The translations under genes were made by a program, and so were the position numbers. DNA of 64,000 bases from Sphaerodactylus townsendi (taxonomy: Eukaryota): the NCBI RefSeq assembly GCF_021028975.2, contig NC_059437.1:57040001-57104000 (forward strand). Direction: 5' to 3'. Within the stretch, counting starts at the first letter, position 1. Each line of letters begins with the position of its first letter. The notes under the pieces were generated by a model, which was not told the origin of the DNA, did not search any database, and saw only the letters and a program-made list of their open reading frames with translations. Positions 48,468-58,919 of the stretch are shown one piece after another.

Positions 48468-48660
48468 CGCCTCCGTTTTGGTAGCAGATGTAGGGGAACC
48501 GCCAGACGTTGCCCAGATCGACGGCAAATCCGATCACCGACAGAAGGAAATCCACCTTCCTCCTCCACCTGTCCCGGGCAGGTGACTGAGCCACCAGGGG
48601 CGCCGAGGTGGGGGCAGGGGTCCCCGCGGACTCAGGCAGGGGCCCCCCTGGAGCTGCCAT
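48468..48660 (-). CDS. slc6a4b: slc6a4b-like first recognisable coding exon, TM1 (MAAPGG...[36 protein letters not shown])
   Basis: SLC6 signature with monoamine-transporter Asp and SERT-type [17 protein letters not shown]; G|gtaagg donor; start codon uncertain. Confidence 0.9.
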
Positions 48661-50754
48661 CACCCCTCGCCTGGAAGTCCCTGCAGGATTTCAGCGGAAG
48701 GTGCTGGGGGGAAAGAGGTAGACCCCAGAAGGGGAGGGCCTGCCAGGAGGAGGTGGGAGGGAGGAAGACTAGCCTCGCCACTGCCCTCCCCCCAGCAGAC
48801 TGGCCTTGGGATCCGAGAGGAGGGCAGAGAAGGGGAGGGGGGCTCAGTGCGTGAGCGTGCAGATCTTTCCTCTCCAGCACACACTTTGCAGGGCTGTTGT
48901 GAGGTGGGCCTGGGGCTCCAGAGACCACAAAGGCCTCCCCAGCTTATTGCTGCTCAGGAGGCTGCCCAAAGGGGGCGGCAGGCAGCTCGGCAGGCAGAGG
49001 AGACCCCAGAGGAGGCAGACTGTATTCGCTGGGCTGTTCTGGCTTCTTCCTGGAGGGGGGAGGGGGGGCAGAGCTTTACAGAGAGAAGGTCACCTGTTCC
49101 CATCGGAGGAGCCTCTAAGCCAGAGGAGGGTCTCTCGGTTGCTGCTGAGGGACCTGCTTTCTGCTCTGAGCCCAGTTCATTTTGCAGGAGGGCGGGGGGG
49201 GGAGCAGTTTGCCCCCCTTGCCAATAGACAGCCCAGCAGCCCCCCTTGCCAGCACATGGCCCCGCGTGCTGCTGCTTCAGGCTTCCTGAGTGTTCCCTGC
49301 TCTGGTGAAACTGCTGTGTGTTTCTGTGATGGTTGCCCAGGACAAGTGGGCCCCTCCCTTACTTCACCGGGAGGGGGGCCCCGTGGACCTTTAAGCGTCC
49401 TCCTCTGGCCTCTTGACCTTCTTCAGTGGGGCAGCAGCGGGGTGGTTTGAGGAGTGCCAGGTTTGCAGATCAAGGGCCCTGGGCAATAGGAGCTTGGATG
49501 GGAAGATTCTCACTCAGGGCCTGGGGGCAAGGATGCCTTTTCTGCTGTGGGTGGGGAAGAGGGGTCCAGGATGGGAGGTTGGGCAGGGCAGGCAAAGGAG
49601 TCAGGCCAGAGAAGTTCTGGGGGTCACATTCAACAGGGAAGTTGCTTGAGGTGGGGCTCAAGCGCAAGGGAGGGGCAACAGACAAGCCATATTATGTGGA
49701 GCGTCTGGCTGGCTGAGAAGAAGTTGGGAGGTGGGGGGGGGGCTGCAGAGTGGCTGCATTTGTTGTGGAGTCACTGTTGGGAAGATTAGGGAATTCAGGA
49801 GCCGGAAGCTGAACAGGTCGGAGCACCTTCTGTGCGCGGGAAGGCTGGCAGTCTTTGGGGGCTTTAAGTTAAGAATAAGGGAGGGGGGCATACATAAAAG
49901 TTTAGAAAATTATTCATGGGGTGGAGAAAGTGAACAGAGAGGAACCTGTCCCCTCTTCCCATAATATTAGACATTCAGGTCACCAAAGAAGCTACTTCTT
50001 GTCCCAGCATGTCATTGGCTTGAGAAATTTGCTGCCCCCAGGAGTGGGGACGGCCGGTGCCTCTGTTGGGCCTGAAAGGGGACGTGGTGCCAGCCAGGAC
50101 TCTGACCCACAGAGTGGGGTCCCAGTAGAGTCCAAACCTCACCACGCCCTGGCCAGTGACACTGAGATCTGGCGCTAGGATGCTCTGCTTTGCTGCCTGG
50201 CTGTGTGATTCTCATCATCTGCATGGCCATACTGCACGCACATGATGTGGCAACTCAAATCCTTGGGAAGAAAGCCTCCCCCCTCCTGCTGCCCCCCCCT
50301 TGAATTGCAGGTCTTTTCATCAGCCTCTTTGCTCCCCTTCTGTGCCCCGTCAGGTTGATGTTCAGAGCTCTTGTCCTTCTCAGCAGACCAGGCTCTCGAG
50401 GTTGTCAGTCAAGGGAGCAGCGGAGGGCAGACATTTGAGGAGATGCACTCCAGGCTAGAACCTCTGACCTTGTGAGCACCAGATCCATCATGCATGGTGG
50501 ACAGGTCTGCTGTGCTTGGTCAGGCTCTCCTGCTGCCTGGCTGGTTGCCTCCTGGCACTCTGGGCCGAGCATCCTGCTGTTGAACAGTCAGGGGAAGGTG
50601 AGCTTAGAGACCTGGAAATCACCAAGAAGGGCATGATGGGAACGAACAAAGGAACGCAAACCAGGGGAGGTGAACAGAAATGCTGTGATATCTGGCACAT
50701 TTGTCTCCTGAACAGACCCAAAGTGGCATGCAGGGCACAACAGAACCACTAACT

Positions 50755-51312
50755 CAAGCTGCATAAAAGCTGGAGACCGCATCACCCCATATGTCCCTGC
50801 ACGGCCTCTCCGTTCAGCTGAGGTCAATTTGCTGGTGGTTCCTGGCCCCTCAATGATGCGGCTGGCCTCCACGCGGACCAGGGCCTTTACGGCTCTGGCC
50901 CCAGCCTGGTGGAACGCTCTTCCTCCAGCTGTCCGGGCCCTGCGGGACCTTTGGCCGAAGTTCCGCGAGGGGCCTGTAAAGGACGTGTGGGAGCTGTTCC
51001 GCCGGGTCTTTGGAGGAACTGGCCGCTGATGTGGTGCCCCCCTCCCTGTTTGGCCCTTGTCTGACCCTGACATCTGGGTCATTTGTCATCTCACGGGGCC
51101 ACCATGCCTCCCTTTGGGGGGTGGGGAGGGAATCTTAAAATTAAGATGCTGGACCCCATTTATATTTTCATTCCCCCGATGATTATTGCTTAATTGTTGC
51201 TGCCTTTTAATGTTTTTACTTACCCTGTATTGTTGCTTTTATTTGTTGTACACTGCCCAGAGCTCTTTGGGGATGGGGCAGTATAAAAGCCTCAAAAATA
51301 AATAAATAAACA
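50755..51312 (+). mobile_element. L2 LINE 3' end
   Basis: ITPYVPARPLRSAEVNLLVVPGP...RAFTALAPAWWNALP ORF2 end and (AAAT)n tail. Confidence 0.8.
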
Positions 51313-51802
51313 AAACCTGAAATGGGTCACCGGACCATGTACGTCCCATCCACCCTGAAACTGAGCTTCCTAACAGTCAGGAGGGTGGGGTGCATTCCTT
51401 TCAGGTTCAGGGGAGCAACTGCACTGGAAAGGGCTAAACAGAAAGGGTGGGGTTTGTGACATTGTTTGTTTGTTTCGAAGAAGCAAAATTGCTCGGACAG
51501 TTGGGGGAGGCTCCTCCCAGGCGAGAGAGCCCTTCAGCTGGGGGGCTGTCAGGTCCAGAAGGGCTGGAAATGTGATAAGAAACTCCTGGAACCGAACTCT
51601 GCAACCAACTGGCAGCCCATGCAGAGACTCCAGATGTGTGTGATGGGCATGACAGGACAGGGAGAGGAGGAATCTCCTGCGCAAGCTCCTGCTGGTCACA
51701 GCACAACACAATCACACAACAGCCTTCCTCTGCTGCCTGTCCTGAGTATCTGGTACCAAAATGTTATTTCCTTGGTACACGGGCTGACAGATCTTTCTTT
51801 GC

Positions 51803-51985
51803 ATTGTCAAAAACTTCCACAGCCAGAATCACTAGGGTGTTGTGGGTTTTCTGGGTTGTACGTCTGTGTTCCAGTAGCATTTTCTCCTGACATTTCACCT
51901 GTGTCTGTGGCTGGCATCTTCAGAGGATTGAAACATCAGGAGAAAATGCTACTGGAACACAGTCACGGAACACGGAACCTGGAAC
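51803..51985. mobile_element. Inverted Penelope-like termini with a decayed minus-strand hammerhead motif (51885-51927)
   Basis: Homologous to 54824-55053. Confidence 0.7.
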
Positions 51986-53680
51986 CCGGAATCTTTTTTT
52001 AAAAAAAATTCTCACTTTTAAAGAAAAGCCATCCAAGCTAGCACTTGGCCTGTCCTTCACGCAACCCAGCGGTGTATCAGAGGGGACAGTCCCTTGTGAG
52101 GCTTGGAGATTTCCATCTGGCTCAGTTGCAACCTCTAGAAAACTTCAACATGGGAATAAAACCCTAGTGGGGACGGGCAAAAGAGAAAAACCTCAGACCA
52201 GCAGGGACAGCCTGAGGATTGTTTGCAGGACAAGGGATCCCTGCACACAAAGGACCTCCCCGGCTAGAACCAGAGCCTGGATTGAGGCCGGGGGGTGGGC
52301 GGCGCCAGAGCAGCTGCCACAGAACAGGCAGGATGCATGTCTGCCACCCTAAACCAGATATCAAATGGAAATCTGCATTCTGCAACAGAAGAAGCAGTCT
52401 TCAAGGGCAGTCCCATGTGATGAGAGTCTAGTAGTCAAGCCTAGGAGCCCTAAAAGCAGGGACTAGAGAAAGAATGGACAGCTTGCCAACCGACCTGAAC
52501 AATTAAAAGGCACCTGCTCCTGGGCCTGGCACAACAGCAGCAGGTGAAGCGTTTCCCAGCATAAATATAAGTTCTTCCACTTGCAGGTACGGACTGAGGT
52601 GCTGCCACGGCTGCAGGAGCCAGAGTCAGTGAAAAGACTGGCAGCCCCACAACAGTTTAGTGTTTGGCTAAGTATAACCTTTCAAAGCACGCCAACGCTC
52701 CTCCTTCCCTCAGAAAAGGAGCCATTTCAGTGCAACTTGTGGTTCGGTGGCAGCAGCGATTGCCCTTGTGTGCAGCACCACCTTGTTTAAACCGCGCTCT
52801 GTCTGATGCACAGGAGTTGTGCAGCCCTCTGGACCCTAACCCTGCCCAGCACACACAGATGTTTTTGCAGCTGGCACTGCAGCCTAGTGTAAAGCAGACA
52901 TTGTGCCCTTGCCAAGCTTCATGGGGAAATGCCATGCCCACCAGCCACATTTCACTCCAGGCCTGAGAGAACGAGAGAGGAGAAACTGTGGGGGCGGGGC
53001 GGGGTGGGGAGGTGGTCACGCTCTTGGGCTGCAGGCTGGCAGTCTGGGGAGCAGGCCCAGGGAGGCAGCAGCATGGTCCCATTTTTGGTTCCTGCTCCAA
53101 AGTCCAGAAGTTGCCCTGTGAAGTCAGCCCTGAACTGCAGAGTGATGGGAAGCGACAGGCCTTGGCTGATCCAATGTTCATTGGCCTGGAGGGGTGCAGG
53201 AAGATTGACAGGAGTGGAGATTTCAGAAGACCCCCCCAAGCTTCAGCCAGCAACGGCACGAAAGCCGCCCCTCCCTGTCGTTCCTGCAGGGCTTCTCCTG
53301 ACCCAGGTGCGCTACCGGAGTGCAGAGTGACCAAATGCACAGCTCCCTCTGGTGGGCATGCTGGCCTTCAGAAGGACGCAGACAGCCCTCAAACCCGGAA
53401 GTTTCCTGCACAAAGTCACACCTCAGCGTGACGTACCCAGCACTTCACAGTCCGTCTGCAGCTCTGAGGGATCATAGGGCTGGCCTACTTTACAGGACAG
53501 TTGTAAGGGAAACAGAAGTACTGTGTCCCTTGAGCATGGCGAGGCTGCTCCTGTGTGTGCTAATAATTCAGCCGTGTTAGATTGAGTCTCTGCTCATATT
53601 GTAATGATTGCAAAACTCTCTGTGGACATCTGGCAGCCTTTTCAGTGGTGCGTGGATGTGGTTTGGGTTCTTTTCAAGAA

Positions 53681-54005
53681 GAAGAGTTTGGATGTATATT
53701 ATCCCACCTTTCTCTCCTGTAAGGAGTGTCAAGGTGGCTTACAAAGTCCTTTTCCCTTCCTCTCCCCACGGCAGACCCCTTGTGAAGTAGGTGGGGCTGA
53801 GAAAAATGGGAGTAGGCCAAGGTCACCCAGCTGGCTTCATGCGAAGGAGTGGGGAACGAACCCAGTTCACCAAATAAGAAGGAACGAACCCAGTTCACCA
53901 AATAAGAATCCACTGCTCCACATGAGCAGTGGATTCTTATTTGGTGAACTGGGTCCATTAAACCCGGCTCTCCAGATTAGAGTTCACCACTCTTCACCCA
54001 CTATA
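53681..54005 (-). mobile_element. Squam3-like SINE with internal duplication and inversion
   Basis: gaagaagagtttgga...ccttgtgaagtaggtggggctgag...aaacccggctctccagattag. Confidence 0.75.
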
Positions 54006-54823
54006 CCAGCTTCGCCCCCCCCCCCATCCTGCCCCAAGCCTTTAAGCCCACTTCCCTTCTCCTGGCTTTGGGGTATACATGAGCTTGCCAACCAGCCAGG
54101 TAGTTCTGAACAAACGCCAGGCGATTACCAGATGCCGGTCTAGTGCAATGATGAACAGACACTTATTTATTGAATGGTTTAATTCATTTTTACCCACCTT
54201 TCTCCCCAGTGGGGACCCAAACCAATTTACATCATTCTCCAGTCCTCCGTTTTATTGCCACCACAACCCCATAAAGTAGATCAGGCTCAGAGAATGACCG
54301 GTCCAAGGCCAGCCAGCCAGCTTCCACGGTATGAGTGGCAATTCGAACTCAGGTCTTCCAAATATTAGTCCAACACTCTTAACTACTGCTATGCCACCCT
54401 CGCTCTCATGATTGCATAAAAGCAGAAGCAGTACACACCGGAAACTTATTTTCAGTGTCAGGCTTTGCAACCTGGCTGGAGGGGATCGACTTGCGGGGTG
54501 GTGGTGGTGGTGGTGGTGGTGATGGGAAGCAGGCATTACAAAGTGGGGGTTTGATAACATTTTTTCGAGGGTCTTCACGTCACTGAAGCATCGAGACTCT
54601 GGCCCATGATCAGTATTGCAACAGATGGACAAGATCTTGTCCATTACTTACTAATGAAACTGCCGGATGCCAACCAGTGCTTGGCTCTTCCCTCACCGAG
54701 TGGGACTTGGCTCATTCCTGGGGGCTCTGTAATCAGGGAGTCATAGAATCACAGAGTTGGAAGAGGCCAGAAGGGTCATCCAGTCCAACCCCTTCCCATG
54801 CAGGAACACACAATCAAAGCACT

Positions 54824-55053
54824 GTATTGTCAAAGGCTTTCACAGCCGGAATCACTGGGGTGCTGTGGGGTTTCCGGGCTGTATGGCCGTGTTCTAGCAG
54901 CATTCTCTCCTGACGTTTCGCCTGCATCTGTGGCTGAGGCATCTTCAGATCCTCTGAAGATCCTCTGAAGATGCCAGCCACAGATGCAGGCGAAACGTCA
55001 GGAGAGAATGCTGCTAGAACACGGCCATACAGCCCGGAAACCCCACAGCACCC
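54824..55053. mobile_element. Young Penelope-like element remnant: head-to-head inverted termini
   Basis: About 90-bp near-perfect inverted arms; 13-bp TSD CAATCAAAGCACT/CAATCCAAGCACT. Confidence 0.8.
54961..55003 (+). ncRNA. Minimal type I hammerhead ribozyme
   Basis: UCCU-CUGAAGA-U-GCC(loop)GGC-GAAA-CG-UC^AGGA: core nucleotides present, helix I UCCU/AGGA, helix II GCC/GGC, palindromic ACGU helix III. Confidence 0.8.
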
Positions 55054-55519
55054 CAATCCAAGCACTCCTGACAGATGGCCATCCAGCCTCTGTTTAAAGA
55101 CCTCCAAAGGAGACTCCCGCACTCCGCGAGGCAGTGAATGCCACTGTCCAACAGCCCTGACAGTCAGGAAGTTCTGGGGGCGCTCTTACAATGGGGTGGT
55201 TCAGGAAGATGCTTTAATCCAGGGCAAGACTATACTACCGTGGGCTATACCACACAGTACATGTGATCTGTTGCATGATCTTGCTTTGCCATTTCTGCAT
55301 CGTCCAACCTGCCTTGTTCATGCTTGTGTTTCTGATTTCTGCAACCCTCTTCGCTCTGCCCCACTGCTGACCGGAGGTCCTGCCCTATTGTTGGTGTTTC
55401 CTCCCCCGCCCCCCATCCACCTCAGTCCCAGTGAGAAAAGCGGACCATAAATAGCTATTAAAATCCATGGGAAATAAATAGTTCTTCAGAGCAAGGAAAG
55501 GCTCCTGCCTGGGTCCTGA

Positions 55520-56900
55520 GACCTCACCGGGGCCCCCGCCAGCTGCCCCCCCCGGGCTCTGGCTGCATCACCCCCGAGGGCCCCCGAGCTCCTGGAGCGA
55601 CCGCAGGCACAGCACCCGTGCGAGGCCAGGCCGAGGGGCACCAAGGCCGACCCCCCATGTTCAGTCCAAGTCACGTGCAGACCGGGGGGTCTCGGCGTCT
55701 CCCCGCCTGGCCTGGCCCACTTCAGGGTGGTCTCTCTTGCCCCCGGCCCGCCCAGCAGCAGCAGAGCCCTGCGGAATCAGCCCCCAGCAGAGAGACCCCC
55801 CAGCCCTCCGCCGCCGCCCCGCCGCAGGGGCAGGCAGGCAGGCAGGCTCGCCGTTCCTGGCCGTGGGGGGGGGGGGGGAGCGGCGGTTCCTGACTCCCTC
55901 CCCGGGGGAGGGGAGGACTGCTGCGGGGGGGGGGCGCCTCTTCTTGCGGGCGCTCTCCGGTCCGGCGGGCCCCAGGGGGGACCACTCCCCGGTGTGGCCG
56001 CGCCCCGAGCCTGCCTGCCTGCCTGCCTTGCGGGCTGGGCGTGTGGTGGGCCGGCGTGGTGCGGCCAGGGCCCGGCAAGCAGCAGGCGCGAGAGGCGGCG
56101 GCGGCGGCGGCGTGGTCCGTGGGCGCGCGCTCCTCCTCCTCCTCCTCCCCCCCCCCGCCCCGGCCGAGGGAGGCTCCGTGGGCTGCCGCTGCTGCTCCTG
56201 CAGGCCCTTCCGGCTGCGACGAGCGCGCCGCACCACCAGTGTCCAGCCGCCCGGGGCACCCGCCGCCGCCGCCAGTGCTGGCGGGAGGGCCGGGCGCGCC
56301 CCTTAGCGGCGGTCGGGAGTCAATCGGGGGGGTGTCCGTCCAGGCTGGGCGCGCGGCGGCGGCGGCGGCGGGATGGCTGCGGCTGCTGCGGCGGCTGCGG
56401 CGGGGTCTGGGGGCGTCCGGGGGGGCGGCGGGATGGCCGGGGGGTCGTCGGGGGCGGCGGCCCTGCGCGGCTGGACGCCCTCCTCGCTGCTGCTGCTGCC
56501 CGCCGAGGCCGAGACCCGCCAGCGCCTCCTGCGCACCGCCAAGAAGGAGGTACGGGCGGGGGGGGGGGCGACTGGAAGCCCCGGGGAGGGTGTGTGTGTG
56601 TGTGGGGGGGGTGAGTTGCCTCCCCGCAGAACCTGGGAAGCAGTCCCAGGGGGAGGGGTCGTGGCATGATTTTGGGGGGCTCCGCCCTCCCCGCTCATGG
56701 GCTCCAAGGCTTCGGGGGTCGCGGGGGAACGCTGCGCAGTGCACACACGCACCCGCTGGCTGGCTGGCAGGGGGCCTCTCGGGGTCCGAAGCCCCAGCGC
56801 CACCCACGGCCCTCTGCTTGCGATGGCTGCGCCCCTGGCGGGAGGGGGGATGTGGGCCCCCCAAGGAGGAGCCCCGGGAACCCCTTGGAAGAAGGCCAGG
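55520..56900. promoter_or_regulatory. CpG island / promoter of SGSM1
   Basis: Very high GC/CpG, (GGC)n runs, CACGTG E-box near 55672. Confidence 0.85.
56373..56549 (+). CDS. SGSM1: SGSM1 first coding exon (MAAAAAAAAA...PAEAETRQRLLRTAKKE); rest of gene not found in this window
   Basis: PAEAETRQRLLRTxKKE is the SGSM1 N-terminus as recalled; GAG|gtacgg donor at the conserved position. Confidence 0.85.
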
Positions 56901-58429
56901 CTTATTCTGGGGCTTCTGACTGACCAACCAGGAGGGGGGGGGCAACGTGGGTCGAGCCTGCTTGGAGACCCCCTCCTCTCTGTCGTCTCTTGCTTCACTA
57001 GTCTTGGGTGGGGATGGGAATTGCACTCTTTGTATGCTCGGTGGCTTTGTCGTGTCCTTCTGTATTAGGGCCCAGTGTTCACAGCAGACAGGCTTCCTGG
57101 AGCTGTGTCCAAAGTCTGGCCCAGGAAGGTGCTGACCAGGAGCTCAGCTGCAGAACAGGTGGACAGTTAAGAAAGAAGAGTGCCTCTGAGAATGGGCAGA
57201 GCACCTTTTTCCCCAGCAAAGGACTGTGACTGTCATCCTGCCAAGAGTTCCCCCCCCCCCCGCACAAACTTTCGTTGTGAGCCCTGAATGGGCGCAGGGG
57301 CGGCGTGTGGCCTCCCCCACCCCGACCCCCATTTTGCCTCCTGCTTTATCTGACCACCCAGGTCTCTGGCTGACTCCTGGCTGAGCCTCCAAGGTGCCTG
57401 TCCAAAGGAAGGGCCCATGGATCAAAACCCAGCGCCCCCACCTGGCCTGCTTGGCACTCACCTGTGCCCCAGTCTTGCACTCAGGACTAGCAGCCAGGTT
57501 CGAAGGCCCATCAGAGTCATCTGTGGGTGGTGTCTGTTGGGCTTATCCCAGGGGGTTCCAGTGGACGCTAGCATTCTGGGGAGGGCCTCAGAAGGGCCTC
57601 ATTGCCCCCCCCCCCAAGAGACCATCCCTGCCTCTCTCACAGGGTCTGTGCCTCTCGGAAGCCCCCATTTTAAGCCGATGAACCTCTGGCTGTGGACGAT
57701 CCTGGGAAGGGGGGCAGTGGGAAGGGGGCAGGGCAGACTGCTTGGCCATTGCAGGGAGGGGGCTGGGGGCTTCCCTCCCCACTCCCGGTGTCCCCTCGCT
57801 TGCTGCAGCCTCGTCCTTTGATTTTGCACTGCATCTGACGGCAGTTATGTAAAGGCCACGGGTGAGTTTCCTTCGGACTCCCCCCCTTTGGAGAGGAGAG
57901 CGTGAAAGAATTCCGTAGCACCTCCGAGGCTGGCTGCGTATTCTGGGATTGGTGCCATTTCCGAACATGTCGTGAGCACCTGGATGGACGGTTACGTTTC
58001 CAAGGAAACTGCAAGCAGGAGGTGGCTCTGGCGTGCTCGCTCTTCCCCGTGCCCGTCTTTGGTGATGCCCAAATGGTGCCCACCCCTTCTGCAAAACCAG
58101 CCCACTCTCCCACACTTTGCTTCTAACCTAGGGTGGCTCCAGGAAGCCAAGAAGAGGCCTTCGGCCCGTGGCTGCTGATGGCTGCAGGCCTCTTCTTGGC
58201 CGCCTGTTGCCACCTGGAGTTAGAAGTGGAAGGTGGGGGAGTAGGCTGGCTTTGTGGCCTGGTGCTGCAGCTGGGAAGGTTGGGCATTGCCAGTCTGTGA
58301 TTCCCACTGGTTCCCTAAGCCAGCAGGCACGTCACAAGGGAAGACCCACAAAACCCCCCTGTCTGGAATCATAGTATCATAGAGCTGGAAGGGACTCCAT
58401 CAAGTCCAACCCCTTGCAAAGGTCTAGGG

Positions 58430-58919
58430 CTGTGGTGGCGAACCTATGGCACGGGTGCCAGAGGTGGCACTCAGAGCCCTCTCTGTGGGCATACGTGCAC
58501 AGAGTTCGCCATGGGGGTGTTTTTTTGGAAAATTGCCCCCCCACATCTAGGCTGGCCTGGGCCGCTGGGCACGACATGTAGGTAACCCTGTTAAGTGCTG
58601 TTAAACCCCATTGATTTTCATGGGAAGAACTAAAGCGCAATCCTTTACCTGGGAGTAAAGATCGATTGCTGGCAATGGGGCTTGCTTCTAAACCCTCCTA
58701 GGGTCATGATTCACCCATCCGAAGCATTGCACGGTTGCTTCAAAGCCACCGACTACCACCAACTTACTCACAAGTAATGTGTGCCTTGCAACCAACTGGT
58801 TTTTTCTAAATTAAAACCTTAGTACTCAGGTTAAATTGCCATGTTGGCACTTTGCGATATATAAGTGGGGTTTGGGTTGCAGTTTGGGCACTCGGCCTCG
58901 AAAAGGTTCACCACCACTG
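58430..58919. mobile_element. hAT MITE, 490 bp
   Basis: TIRs CTGTGGTGGCGAACC / GGTTCACCACCACTG; perfect 8-bp TSD GTCTAGGG. Confidence 0.9.

Larger units (their letters stand above)
54742..55175 (-). mobile_element. CR1 3' end interrupted by a Penelope-like insertion
   Basis: catagaatcacagagttggaag tail; minus ORF SPLEVFKQRLDGHLSGVL. Confidence 0.8.

Noticed and set aside
54252-54644. ORF with a poly-His tract
   Set aside because: Comes from a (GGT)n microsatellite next to an old SINE; no splice or homology support
55661-57026. Long overlapping ORFs (up to 434 aa) on both strands
   Set aside because: Stop-poor CpG island giving Pro/Arg/Gly/Ala low-complexity translations; only 56373-56549 has recognisable homology
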